A program made the position numbers and the translations under genes. A stretch of DNA of 64,000 nt from Raillietiella orientalis (taxonomy: Eukaryota), in the NCBI GenBank assembly GCA_036172245.1, contig JAYWIR010000013.1, forward strand, positions 806,001 to 870,000. Reading direction: 5' to 3'. The notes under the pieces were generated by a model. The model did no database searches, was not told where the DNA came from, and saw only the letters and a program-made list of their open reading frames with translations. This document shows, in pieces, positions 52,400 to 64,000 of the stretch (the stretch's first letter is position 1; each line of letters opens with the position of its first letter).

Positions 52400-52750
52400 A
52401 AAATTTCTACGGCGCGAGCCAGGCAATTGAGGCGGGTGAGGCACAACGGAGAGTGGCCGCACGTGCTCGAATGGTCGGGATCACTTTGTTATCACCATTT
52501 ACTTGTTATCATGGAACCTCCATGTGTTCCTGAAATTCTGCTCCTGGCTCTTAATTCTTTCCAGTGTAAATTGGAATTGGATGGATAACGGAGATCCGCT
52601 GCATAACGATTGCTCCTCGCTTCCCGTGAGAGCGCAGCGCCCCTTCGCGCCGCGCAGTCGCCGTGCCGAGCCCCTGGAGATCTCCCTGGAAGTAGCGGTT
52701 TCAGAGTAGCCATCTCCGAAGATCAGTTTTTGCGTTCATTTGCTTTTTCG
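52400..52750. promoter_or_regulatory. Probable CpG-rich bidirectional promoter region (EDC3 / LRRC51 unit)
   Basis: Local CpG/GC-rich patch within AT-rich, CpG-poor DNA, lying between divergently oriented EDC3 (-) and LRRC51 (+). Confidence 0.45.
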
Positions 52751-54613
52751 AAAGCAAAAATAAAATCACTAAAACCTTAATTTCGGGATGGACTTTCTAC
52801 ATCCTTCACTTGGTCTTTACGGATAAAAGGTTTCTTTTTTTTCTTTCCTTCTTTCGGAGGGCATATACAAAGCAATTACGGGTTACGTGATTTGGGAAGC
52901 TTCATTTTTCGCAAATGAAGCAAATCCGCAAAAACAAATTTCCTTTTATTATGCATGAAAGCAACCTGATCAAGATAATGTCTCAGTGTAGTATAATTTC
53001 CTCTTTTAACAAAAACTGGGGTTACGCGAAACTACTCTAACTCAAGGTAGGTGCACTTCTATTCCTGATAGCAGGTTTCCCACAACTTGGAGCATCTAAT
53101 TCGGTTTCAGTTCGCGAATTAGAAAACTCAGTCATTATGAGAATTTCCTTACTTTTTTCTGTTTCAGAAGCTGACTAAATAAATCTAACGAAGCATCGCA
53201 AATACGCATTGATTTGAATTTAAATCCTTAGGCAAAAACGAATTCTAGCACTTAATTGTTGCTTCGAGACTTTGAGCTTTATCCTGTTAATTACCAAATT
53301 GCTTATCTGGATTCTTCCAGGTAACCAAATTCCATATTTTTCATTAAATCGAATTAGGCAAAGAATGCAAACCAAACTATCGGAAGCAGTTTGATTCAAA
53401 GGTGTTCCTTTTGACGAGTGAGAAAAGCAGTGAGAAATGAGAACAGCGGAAGAAGCACATCACTGTTTGTTTTCCAAACAAATGAGGATTATTTCCGCAA
53501 AGACACCATTTAAATGAACACAGTCCTTTCAGATGAATACCCTGACCAATATTACACAATCAATTCATCAGTACAAGGAATGCTGATTCTGAATCTCTTC
53601 ATCATCAAGAAATCCAATAAAGAGAATCCAATAAAGGAATGCTTTCTATGAGAATTTTAATGTAGACGAGGCATTGGTTCATTACGCTGTATCCAATTCT
53701 CAAAGTTTTACACATTAAAGGTAATCTTTTTGCTGCAAAAAAAATATCCTGATTCCTGAAAGATGAAAGCTATGATCTACATGCGAAATTCATATGGAAT
53801 TTTATTCATGCTGCTGAATTCTTCTATGAGAAATTCAGCAATCTTCAGTAAATGAGTCCATTGTACTTTATTGCAGATAATGATTTTATATAACTTGTTA
53901 GCAGTCTGTGTGTCTAGGAATTTCTTTGAGCTTTTTTTTTTTTTTTTTTTTTTTCCAGAGTTGCAGTTCCTATAGAATACTTTTGGATTTTCTTTTCTCT
54001 TCTTTTTCTGGAGGAAGAGCTATGAAAACGTTCTAAAAGTGGAAAAATTTAAGGGAAATTCAACGGGATACCAAAGCCACGATTCATTCTCACTGAGAAG
54101 TTTTTGAAGAATGAACTGTTTGCTAAGCATGTTCCTGACAGGAAGAGGAGCCATAAACGGTAAGCCAAAGTAGTGAGAAAGGAAGATTTCATCACCTTCC
54201 TTATTATTAGTTATCAAAAGTTCTGAACCTCAAATTCCAAGTCTTTGCGAACCGGAAAAGTTTTGACTGCGACTGGGACAAGATTTGTGTCCGTTGCCGC
54301 ACAGAGTGATGACTTGTCAAATCCCTCTGCTCCCTCTTGCGTATCTCCAAACGTCTCGTTTTGGCCGTCAGAGAGAATCTCTTCATCTGCCGGGTGCTAG
54401 GAAAGCAGCACGACGATTAGTGTTCCTTTCGTCTGAGAAGATATCGGAGTTTCCAGCTCTTCTATGACTCCTTCTCTTCCATCTCATTCAGCCAGTATTT
54501 TTTAAGCCCAATTTTTTCGGAATCTAACCCTAAGCTCACTCCTCATTTAGGATTGTTTTTCTGTCATTTGGAGACTTGATGATGCAAACTAAGCACAGCA
54601 GCCACTCGTGGCT

Positions 54614-55196
54614 ATGATGATGTTTGTTCAAATGAGTCATGATGAACCCCGAAATGCAACTGAAAATCGTACACTGCCATTGTATTAGCTTACAAAGATA
54701 TTCTTCATTTCTATCTTATAGAAACTCCTTCCTTGATAACTGCGTCGCTTTCTGGCCCCAGTAAGTACCTTTATGATGATCTAAATTAGAGACAAAATCA
54801 CTGTTTCTCATACTTTCCCTCTAGCGTTCTTCAATACCGAACCTGCTGGATGGAAAAGTCGTTCAGAGGTGGGAGTGTTACTTGTGAAACCGAATTACTG
54901 TTTCACCAGAAAGCTGGTGGACACATTCATGCTTTTAGTTTGTAATAGGGAACAAATACCACAATCGCAATATTACACAGCATATTTACCGCGCACAATC
55001 AAGGATGTGGACCAAATTCTAAAGGTTGGGTTGCAGGAATGCCCAGAAGACAAAAATCTTCTCCCGTTGATGCTGAATGTCACTTTGTGAAATGAAACCA
55101 TTCGATACAGCTGTTTCCATGGAGACAAATGCTTCACTTTTCATCTCCTTTGTGCTCTCTACGTTGTGTTCCCACTTTACAGCTCTGAAAATTTAA
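54614..55196 (+). CDS. Candidate 5-exon small ORF (99 aa) upstream of LRRC51; function unknown
   Basis: Exons 54614-54668, 54722-54760, 54825-54868, 54949-55024 and 55111-55196 are joined by GT-AG introns of 53/64/80/86 nt and keep one open frame: MMMFVQMSHDEPRNATENQTPSLITASLSGPTFFNTEPAGWKSRSEGTNTTIAILHSIFTAHNQGCGPNSKAVSMETNASLFISFVLSTLCSHFTALKI*. No homology recognised. Confidence 0.4.
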
Positions 55197-55273
55197 TGCA
55201 ACGAAGGGAATTGACTGCGATTGGAGAGAATTTTGTTCGAAAGCAAAATGTTACTAGAAACCAGTTCTGAGAA

Positions 55274-58200
55274 ATGAGCCTTCTTAAGAAGAAAAAGCAA
55301 ATCCGATCAGCCCGCTCCGCTAGCTTAATCGGTAAAAATTTGTTCCAAAGCTTGGATTTCTCATTTTCCGAGCTAAAGAATTTAAAAGGTAAGCCAACTT
55401 TATTTTTTCCTTGTGGGATTTCGTAAATTGTAATTCCTTAATTTCCTTTTATTTCTGAAGTAGAGGTATTTTTTGTGTGCGTGTTTCAAGTGCCAAGAAT
55501 TAAAACGTGTGGCCTTGCAAGAAAGAACGGTTTCGCTTTCAGATGAAATGGCGTTGCAAATCAAGGACAATTCCTTTTGCACTAGAGATACAGCAATTAT
55601 GCTCCCAAGTTTACTCCTGGGATGAACTCGTTTCTGCAGCATGAGGGAATACCAGCAGTTACGTGTTGGTTACGCACAGCAATACACGTTTGAGCTTTTC
55701 TTATGAATGGAAACCTCACATGGCGTGCAGATGTGTTGAGAAGTCCGTTTCATCTCATTCCTTCAAAATGAAACCAGCGTCGTCTGCTAGTCTATGCTGG
55801 ACCACTTCTTGCGGCAGCATATTATTAAGGGACTATTCCAAATTACCACCCTTCACGTTTTCTCCTTGCCTTTTAAGGAAGTGTAATCTACAACCAAAAC
55901 ATCCTTTTAGAAGATGTGAGTTCGATGACCATCGACGAGTTTTATTGACGTGTCCTATTTTGTTAAAGCTCTTTAGGGTACGGATTGCCAGCCTAGGTTT
56001 TGCAAAGATAAAGAGGATAAATGCACGGGACGATAGTGCCTACAAATAACATGACTAGACCTGAGGGCTAGATTTCTCACTTCAGAAATTCAATTAAGCC
56101 TCATTTAGTCTCCCTGAAGAGGTGTTTGTGATTATGGTGCCTAAGGTTTTGATGTTCAGCAACGCAACCGGTCATAGCAAACCTTCGGGGTTGATTCGTT
56201 GGACCTTTCCTACCTCAAAAACCTTGCTTTCAGAATCTGTTTTCTTGACTGCAAAGCGTTGAATACTCTCCTTGCCGTGCTGGATTTCCTGGTTGGGCTA
56301 CTTAAGCGTTTCATATCCGTGAAAAATCTTCAAGCAAAGGCCAGCAGAGTATCACTTTGCTCCTCTGCACGGATGAAATTTTTCTGCAAATCCAAACGTG
56401 AAGATTTACGTCGTAAAGTGGGCTTTTTGTCTTCATTTGCCTGCAGTTTCGAGATGCTTTTCATTTTTCTTCCCCATTTCTTCATCGTTCGAAGTGGTCC
56501 CACGTTGCATCCAAGGCTTTTATCCTGATCTCGAAAAGCAATTTTTAGTACCTAGCCAAAGAAATAGCTGCCAGGAGATTTTCGTCGAGATTCCCGCTCA
56601 AGTTCCAATTCCGTCGGTCGTTGTCGTCTACCGAGAAAAGCTCTCATTTCTCTATTACTTGCTGGTGGAAGTACTTGAATATGCTTTCGTTTCCAGTCGC
56701 AAATTTTGCCTTGCCTTCTCTTTGATTGAGCACTCCTACAACTCTGCCTGATAGGAACGCGTGCATGCATGCGCGAGAGTGCACGTGGCTCCCTAACAGA
56801 GAGATGCCTGCAACATCAACTGCTCTCGAAACACCGTAGCAGCCAGTCTGCCGTTCCCTTTCCCCTGTATTCCTCTTAACCAAGTAGCAAAGAACACCTT
56901 GCGATTCGGACTCAAAACAAGTGCCTAGCTCTGTGCATCTCGGAAAGAACTGGTTATCTGCTCGAAGCTACAGAGCCCCTTATTCTTACCAACTGAAATC
57001 CTCCGTCTGTTTTTACTTTTTCTCGAAGTTTTTTCAAGAAAGCTCGAACTCCTTCTCCAGACGTTGATTTCTTTCGTCTCTTACTGAAGAATACGTTAGG
57101 TGGGAAGTTGATTAGACGTTGTGAACAGATTTCCAAGAAGAGGAAACTGCACTTTGGAAGAAACAGAAGGGATGAAGAGGAACAGATTTTTTACATCACT
57201 GTTCAGTTTTGAGGATCACGGACGATATAAAGATGACGGAAATGGTCACATGGTTTCCTTAAGGATCACACAGGTTTCCAAAGCCGTTCGAACGTTGACA
57301 CTCGTTCAATGGATCCAGCATTATCGGTTGCTTGTGAACCAACCGTGCCAACACTACCGTCTTTGAAAACATCCACGCATGGTTTCCCGTCTGTGAAAAT
57401 TAGGACTGTTGTCAGCATCTATCAGCAGTAAATGCTGACCAGTCGATTCATGAGCAGTAGCGGCAAATGCTCATTAATTGATACTAGATTGTCACTAAAT
57501 TATTTAAGCCGATCGTGAACCGATTCGCGCGGATGGGCCACACAATGGTCATCCGGATTCACACATCAGCTTACGTTGAACGGAAAAGCTATGTCACTGT
57601 CTACGTAAAATACGGGGTTGGGGGAAAATTGTAGGATAAGATTCCAAGGCTGTTGGAAATATGAAGAGGAATCGTGGGACAGATTTCTATTTTAGTTTTC
57701 ATTGAGACCCTCGGAACGAGGATGCTTGCAGTGTTTTTCCCTGCGAATAGGGGACAAACGATGGGGGGAGTCTCTCCTGGAACTCATTGAAACGACTTTA
57801 GGCATGATTCTGCTCCTTGCTGCACACTCTTCGCTTGAGGAGTACCTGAAAGTAAAAAACCCTCACGTGGCGAATGCACATTTCTGCTCCCCGACCGACC
57901 TCTGATGCACTCTTTTCTGCTCTTCGGATAGAGAGAGATCGAAAATGGAGGAAAATCTCCGGGTAGGATTGGCTCTCCACACCCCACATCACCAGTTGCT
58001 GCTATCAAGTCAGCACAACGCACGCAGAAGGCGGTCGTAAAAGATCACACCCAAAGGCCGCTTTCGTTTGGCACGCTGGCTGCAGCTGTACCACTGCTCC
58101 TACGTCTCTGAGACTCTGAAACTGAATTCCTTGATGAGCACGGGCATCCGACAACCTGTGTAAAAGAGAGATGCTTCGCATTTCTGAATAAGTTGCACAC

Positions 58201-58976
58201 CGATCACCATGAATTACGTGTACTTACCACAGCCGTACCTCCGAGATCACCCATTCGAAGAGATGGAAGTTTTGGAAGTACGGCAGTGGTAATTACGGAT
58301 GGAGATTCCAAGAGCCTGGATCTGATTTTCGAGATACAGGTGCTTGAATTTTAGGTGGGCAATTTTTTTTTTTCTCGAGATCGCGGCGCTTTGAAGATGA
58401 AAGATACAGCAGGAAGATAAAGCGTCTCACAACAACACTTTCAATGTTCAGATTTGAGCAAGGAAACGCCCAGAACCAGACCGAGGAGACTGAAAAGTGA
58501 CGAAAACGGAAAATACTGCGTGGCCGTCGTAAAATTTAACAACAACAAGCTCGACAGCGTGGCTGGCATAGAGGACAGTCTCAATCACCTCCTCCACAAC
58601 TTCCTCGAACTCTTCTGGTTAGATCTGTCCTTCAACAGCATCAGAGACATAGAACAGGTTTGTGTCCTCCGTGTCTTCCAGATAGGTTTGCCTTTTCCAG
58701 CTGCCTTCAGACCTACCCAAGCTCAAGATCCTGTATCTGCACGGGAACCGCTTGGATTCCTTTTCCCAGGTGGAGCACCTGAAGAGGTTTCCCGAGTTGA
58801 GAAACTTGAGTCTCTACGGAAACCCCATCGAGAAGGATCCCTGGTACCGTCAGATAGTGCTGACCATCCTCCCTGTTCTCCGGATTTTCGATTTCAGTTA
58901 CGTGACCCCTGGAGATCGCAAGAAAGTCGCGCGGTTCAAGAATACAATCGCCCCCGTAAAAATGCGCAAACTGTGA
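55274..58976 (+). CDS. LRRC51: Leucine-rich repeat protein 51 orthologue; exons 55274-55388, 58452-58657, 58701-58976
   Basis: Exon 1 MSLLKKKKQ..QSLDFSFSELKNLK (LRRC51 LDYSF-like motif) has a GTAAGC donor in phase 1. It joins DLSKETPRT..KFNNNKL..WLDLSFNSIRDIEQ, then a 43-nt intron, then LKILYLHGNRL..LSLYGNPIEKDPWYRQIVL..FDFSYVTPGDR. Confidence 0.9.
57798..58254 (-). CDS. Candidate nested antisense small ORF (93 aa, 4 exons) in LRRC51 intron 1
   Basis: Exons 58254-58228 (GTAAGT donor), 58155-58051, 58001-57900 and 57845-57798; phase-0 GT-AG introns of 72/49/54 nt; frame open throughout. No homology recognised. Confidence 0.3.
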
Positions 58977-61269
58977 CTTTTTATAGGGCGGCCCCCAATG
59001 CAGGCAAGCGCCCTCAAAAGCAATGTGCCCAGGAACGGAATCTCTGACCTGAACCGTTAAGGTCACATGGAAAGCGCGTTGCCAGAAAAAAAACAGACAG
59101 ACAAATACGGGAAAGCAAAAAGCAAAAACAGGATGCCCCCCTCGTTTCAAGGAGCTCCTTGCCAGGAAGATGTCTTTCCGGCCTGTTTCTCATCTGGAAA
59201 TGAAGGAAGCGGAAATCGCCGCCGTATCCGCGAACAGTCTCTGGTACGCAGCTCATTTGAGAGAGCGGCACGAATCCCCCCTCCCTTCCCCTTGTATCTA
59301 CCCTTGTACACCGACTTTTCTGGAACACGAACCACGAGAGACGGTCGTCCTCGGCCGTCCCTGAGAGGGTTTGGAAGTTGGAATCCCTGAGAGGGCAGGT
59401 GCTGCAAAGGACATTCTCAAGGGAGGATGTCGAGTTTCGCAAGCTGCGGTCAAGAAGTGGATGTGCGATACCGGAACAGCAGCGCGGAGATGGCTCCTCT
59501 CCTGAGGATAATGAACAAGAATTGTTCAGTTCAGCAGCAGAAAAGCACCGGAATTCCTCGTGGAATCCCGGAAAGGAAGGGGAGGGAAGAAATGAGCCCG
59601 ATGATACAGTCAACTGGGTGATTTCAACAGTTGTCTGTTGAAATCATCCGGAACCTCTTTCAGAGGTGCACCGAACTGACCCTTTCACGGAGGCGGACCA
59701 AAAGTGCCCCCCCCCCCCGCAATGCATGCATTCAGGCCATCACCAGTCAGTGAAAATTTTCCATTCGTGTCGGTCGCGTCGGCGTTTTTCACGCGACCAC
59801 ATCCGCACGGACGTATTGGATGAAATCTGAGCTAACGCAGTGAAGTGGCGGTGCGAACCCGACCACTGGTCATCTGCTTCGGAAGTCGGTCCGCCCCTGG
59901 ACAAGTACGTTGAACCATAAAAAACCCATTCCCTCCTTGGTACGAGTCCCGGATTGCGAAAAAGGCAGGCGACGGAAAATACCAGAAGGTTCTCTCCTCC
60001 CTCCCGCGCACAGATTTTCCCTCCCATCGTGCTGCGATTTTTTCTTCGGAAGGACGGAAGGGTTGCTACGAAGGATGTAGGGAGGGCACGATCCATGGGT
60101 GCGATTCCTTGCTCTCAGGAGCAAGAATAACCAAGGCATGTAAAAAAAAAAAAAAAACCTCCTGGGGACTCCGAAATGGCTGTTGCAAATAAATGTTTGA
60201 CCCTCCCCCACCAACCACGTGAGCGTAATTTTTTAGAATAGTTACGAAGAGGGCAGAGCAGAAATCGGATCGCACGTGCTGGTGCGGTGAAGAAGGGAGA
60301 TGCACGAACGAAGATGTTTTGTAAAAATACACAAGTGTTCAAAGGAGACAATTACGTTCTCAAAAGTCAAATGCTGTCGTTGTTGTTGCTGCTGCTGTTG
60401 TTTAAGGTTTGGGAATTTCATAGAAAGGAGACACTCTTGAGAAACAGCATCATCTGTTTTTAATTTGAAAACGCGGAAGCGCCGAGAGTTTGGACCGATG
60501 CTAACTCGAAACTCATTTTAGCGATGTACGGTTTTGCAGCAGTGCACAGCATAATACCTGAAGTTCCAAACACAAGAAATATCCATATGTATTTCAATTC
60601 AAGAAATATGGACACTTATCTGAGAATGTGAGAATCGAGAAGGAAAACACGATAGGCGTAAAGTTCTCCCTTTCATGGATTGGAGGTAGATGGAAGTTTG
60701 GGGTCCTTGCATCTGCTATGTATTTGTGGAGGGATTTTCCATTTGCCGAGGACTGTAGCTGATTACACTTCTGTTAAATGCTCAATGATGCTCATGCTAA
60801 ATGTAGCAGTAAACAAAATGGACATGATTCCTGCGTTCTGTTTTCTGATTTACTTCACTTCGTTGCTGCGAAATCGCAGCCGCGCTTCTGTACGAACACG
60901 CCAATGAGATCTCGTCCTAGGGACGCTGCACCAGGTCCCCATTACAGGCATGCACACTGCTTTGCCCTCATAGATGCCTTCACCATTTTCATTTCCATCC
61001 AAGATCACGGCAGCACTCTGCTGCTGTAAACTTTTTTGGAAATTTAGGAAGAAGATCTATTCGTCGTCATCATCTTCTGAGTGCATTCTCCTAACTGCTC
61101 CATACTTTTGAGTATGGAAACTGAATCTGAGTCATCTCTTGTTTCTCCCCGTCCCTCTTTACCTTCTGTTTAGAACTTGTTCTTCGGAAGATCTTCTCCA
61201 AGAGATTAATGAACACGAATTCTACGACTTATAAAAAAGAAAATCTCCTCTAGTGATCTAATGCGGGAA

Positions 61270-62056
61270 CCAAGGAGTTCCCGAAAGCATTGCCGAAGCC
61301 GACCAAGTTCCCGAATACTGAGCAGTTTGGGAGAGCTACTGGACTTCAGGTGGAAGATCTGCGGTGGCTCCAGGAGCTGCTGGACACACATAACGTCCCC
61401 TCGGAGTGGCAAGAGTCGGAAGCGATGCTTCTGCACTGGGGCCTCCCGTGCAACGCCCGCCTGCATCATTGGACACGGGTGTGTGTGGACCCGTACTGAG
61501 CCAGGTGCGTAGAGCGAAACGAACTGCTATTGAACGCACCTGCTATTGGAATGTGTTACCCTCTGGCCCCTTTGGGAATGCCTTGCTGCGACCCTTGGAA
61601 CCCCCAGCGGCAACCCCAGGGACGCTGTGCGACTCCTCTTTGTGCGGGACGCCCTACAGCCAGCCGCAGCCCTAGCAGCACTATGCTGCCTCCGCAGCAT
61701 TGTGACGGCGTGGAGGCGGAGCCAATGAAGGAAGCGACGATAGGGACGCTGTCCACTTCGTTGTTCTCTGGCTGAGGATAGTGTCCAGACGGTCCCATCT
61801 GGAACATATCCGGACAGACCTAGCCGGCATACTGGGAAAGACGCACCCGGTCCATCCAGCGGACAGTGATCCCTTCCCGGCCCTCCAGAGTGCTTATTTT
61901 AATTAAATCTTTTAGTTTATTTTTCTTTTTGTTTCTCTTCCGTCCCCCTACACTGTCGAAGTGAGGCCAGCTGGTCTGCCTACCGGCAACCCGGCAGGTC
62001 AATTTCGTAATCGTCTGTGGCAGGCTCCACGCCCTTTGGCGTGTTCTTCAATAAAC
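61270..62056 (+). mobile_element. 5'-truncated Tx1/L1-type LINE 3' end (zf-RVT + 3' UTR)
   Basis: MLLHWGLPCNARLHHW..DPY*ARC..HLLLECVTLWPLW matches the zinc-binding-in-RT pattern. It is followed by DLAGIL, CAGTGATCCCTTCCCG, a T-rich tract and AATAAA at 62050. Confidence 0.75.
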
Positions 62057-63334
62057 ACCCCGGGTGGCAACGAATCCTGAGCAGTTGCTCCTGCAATCAG
62101 TTTGGAATAAAATCCCGAAAACATCATGTCGAGCATTTTGTGTCACGTCTGCGTCCACTCACCTAATTAGAAAGTCATGTTGCCCGAATCACGACACCCA
62201 GGAACTGACCGCATAAATAACCTCCAATCAGTGTGTTAATAAATCATTGGACTTCAACTGACAATAAAATTCCATTTTTACTTGACTATCATTTAGAAAA
62301 AAACATCTGATTCGTAAATATTCAGTGCATTGTCAATTCATTAAATGAGAATGATCCAGTTATTTTGTATGCATTTTTTACAATTCAACAGGATTACCAA
62401 GAGTTGTACACGTACCTATAAGACTACCATAGAAACATTTGGCTATTCGGATACATAACCAACAGGGTGCATAACCGAATTCCCAAACTCATTATTTAAA
62501 AAGAAAGCAAAAACTATCATAATCAAATGATATTCACAACAAACAGAATCAAATACTCGATTTATGTCCAACAGACGTATTCTCATTTCTTTTGCTCTAC
62601 TTAGAATACCGTATCTTACTTATCTCGCTTCCTCCGTAAGAATACCTTATCTTACGCAGCAGCCCACTCTCTTCAATTCGTAAGACCTTTTTCGGAAAAC
62701 CCTTTGTTCCCAATGCACCCTATCACTAATGAAGACTGTCCTTCATATGTCATCTCAGATCATGTCATCTTCATATGTCATTTTCTAAACCAGAACATTT
62801 TTCCATCGTGAGCATTACAATGGTTCAAGAACACTGGAGCGAATGATTATTTCCAAATAATCTTCCTAACTCGGGTTTCTTTTACAAGGGTTTGCACTTG
62901 AAATCTCAATCCCAATTATTTTATATCTCTGGATTGAAAATCCATAAGCACGGCTCTCAACTGACCATTTTTCTTGAACTTTTAAAAAGTCGTTTATATG
63001 CAAGCAAGGGCTTTCATCAGCTATCACGTTTCTTTAAGCGTCGCTCCTGCTCTTTGCCCAACTTTTTTTGGTAGCCACGATGCGAAAGTTTTCCCATAAA
63101 CAAAACCCATCAACAGCTCATCCTTCTGCCTGCGACAAAAACCTGACGATATTTTAAAATAATCTGCTGTTGCCTATTTACCTTTGTGTGGCTGTCTCGG
63201 TGGTCACCCACTTCCCTGTCACAATACCCTCTCCAGCAGTTTCCATCTCATCGTGAATGAGTTGGGTCATAGCTGGATATACCCAAGCGGCCTTCGAATT
63301 CTTGGAGAATACCTTGCCGCAGGGACTTCAAGAT

Positions 63335-63370
63335 AGCTCAGCAGCTTGCATAATTGCAAGCTGCTGAGCT
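63335..63370. repeat. Perfect inverted repeat, 16-bp arms, 4-nt loop
   Basis: AGCTCAGCAGCTTGCA-TAAT-TGCAAGCTGCTGAGCT. Confidence 0.95.
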
Positions 63371-64000
63371 GAGTTCAAATGCTGACAACTGTTCATGAAA
63401 CGAACGCCCGATAAAGGCCATAAAGCAACAACTTATGACATATGCTATGCACCGTTGTGGAACCGGAATACACTTGTGAAAAAGTCGTGACAGAACTTGA
63501 AAATTCAAGATGAACTTCAGAACTCTTCCACATGTGCAGAAATACGTGCGATGCTGAGTGCTGAAATTTTATACCACAATGTAATTGGCAAAGAGGAACC
63601 AGCTCTACGATGCTGTAAAGGCAAGAGCAATGAAAGAATTACGCCAAAAGGTGAATACCCTGTTTACTCATTCACGTGGAAAACTTATTTCTCAAAGCCA
63701 TTGGCATAATATGTTATCTCAAATTTCCATGTCGTGCAAGCCTGAAATGCATAGCCTCTACCAACTGCATTGCTTATTACACCTTTACTCGTTTTCAAGA
63801 CCAAAACATTAAAGACCATTGAGATACAGAAAATCCGAGCATATAACAACAGGTATTATGCGAACTGTTCGAATGGGAAGAGCATTCTGTAGACCATGTA
63901 TTCCATGTTAAAGGGTAATGAGCAAATTTCTTTTCGCCTAGAAGATTTGCAAGGAAATTCCTAACATGCTGATTTCCTAAGTTTTCCCTCTCTCTGCATG

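Noticed and set aside
54577..54665. C/D-box-like motifs (ATGATGA..ATGA..ATGATGA..CTGA)
   Set aside because: Spacing is short, there is no terminal stem or recognisable rRNA guide, and it overlaps a predicted exon.
62070..62730. Tc1-like C-terminus (QSVWNKIP) and short AGGGTGCAT inverted termini (~62464 and ~62720)
   Set aside because: Only 9-bp matches and a few residues; suggestive but insufficient.
63480..63900. SAEILYH motif reminiscent of DNA-transposon-associated proteins
   Set aside because: A single short motif in broken frames; the family cannot be named.
1..64000. CRISPR arrays, rRNA genes, telomeric repeat arrays, non-canonical introns
   Set aside because: None seen; all introns traced in the four genes are GT-AG and there are no regularly spaced direct repeats.

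Overview
Eukaryotic, most likely arthropod-like genomic DNA with very short GT-AG introns (about 43-90 nt). There are two AT-rich, CpG-poor gene blocks. The left block holds a TRPM channel gene (232-8365, -) and casein kinase I gamma/gilgamesh (8849-13068, -), only 483 nt apart. The right block holds EDC3 (49886-51560, -) and an LRRC51 orthologue (55274-58976, +), head-to-head. Between them lies a ~30 kb GC/CpG-rich island (~17-48 kb). Its many overlapping ORFs are GC artefacts; it is a graveyard of heavily decayed mobile elements: at least three Tx1/L1-type LINEs plus 3' fragments, a piggyBac-like MITE, an R1/I-like fragment, a Gypsy integrase remnant, an internally deleted mariner and a possible RNA-virus-derived insert. 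The most interesting leads are: (1) two possible multi-cistronic arrangements (gish->TRPM, and a hidden 5-exon 99-aa ORF ending 77 nt before the LRRC51 start); (2) a spliced antisense ORF nested in LRRC51 intron 1; (3) long near-perfect hairpins, one of which can be compared with its unperfected paralogue in the window; (4) a candidate endogenous viral element. All calls come from manual reading and motif recognition; no database searches were run.
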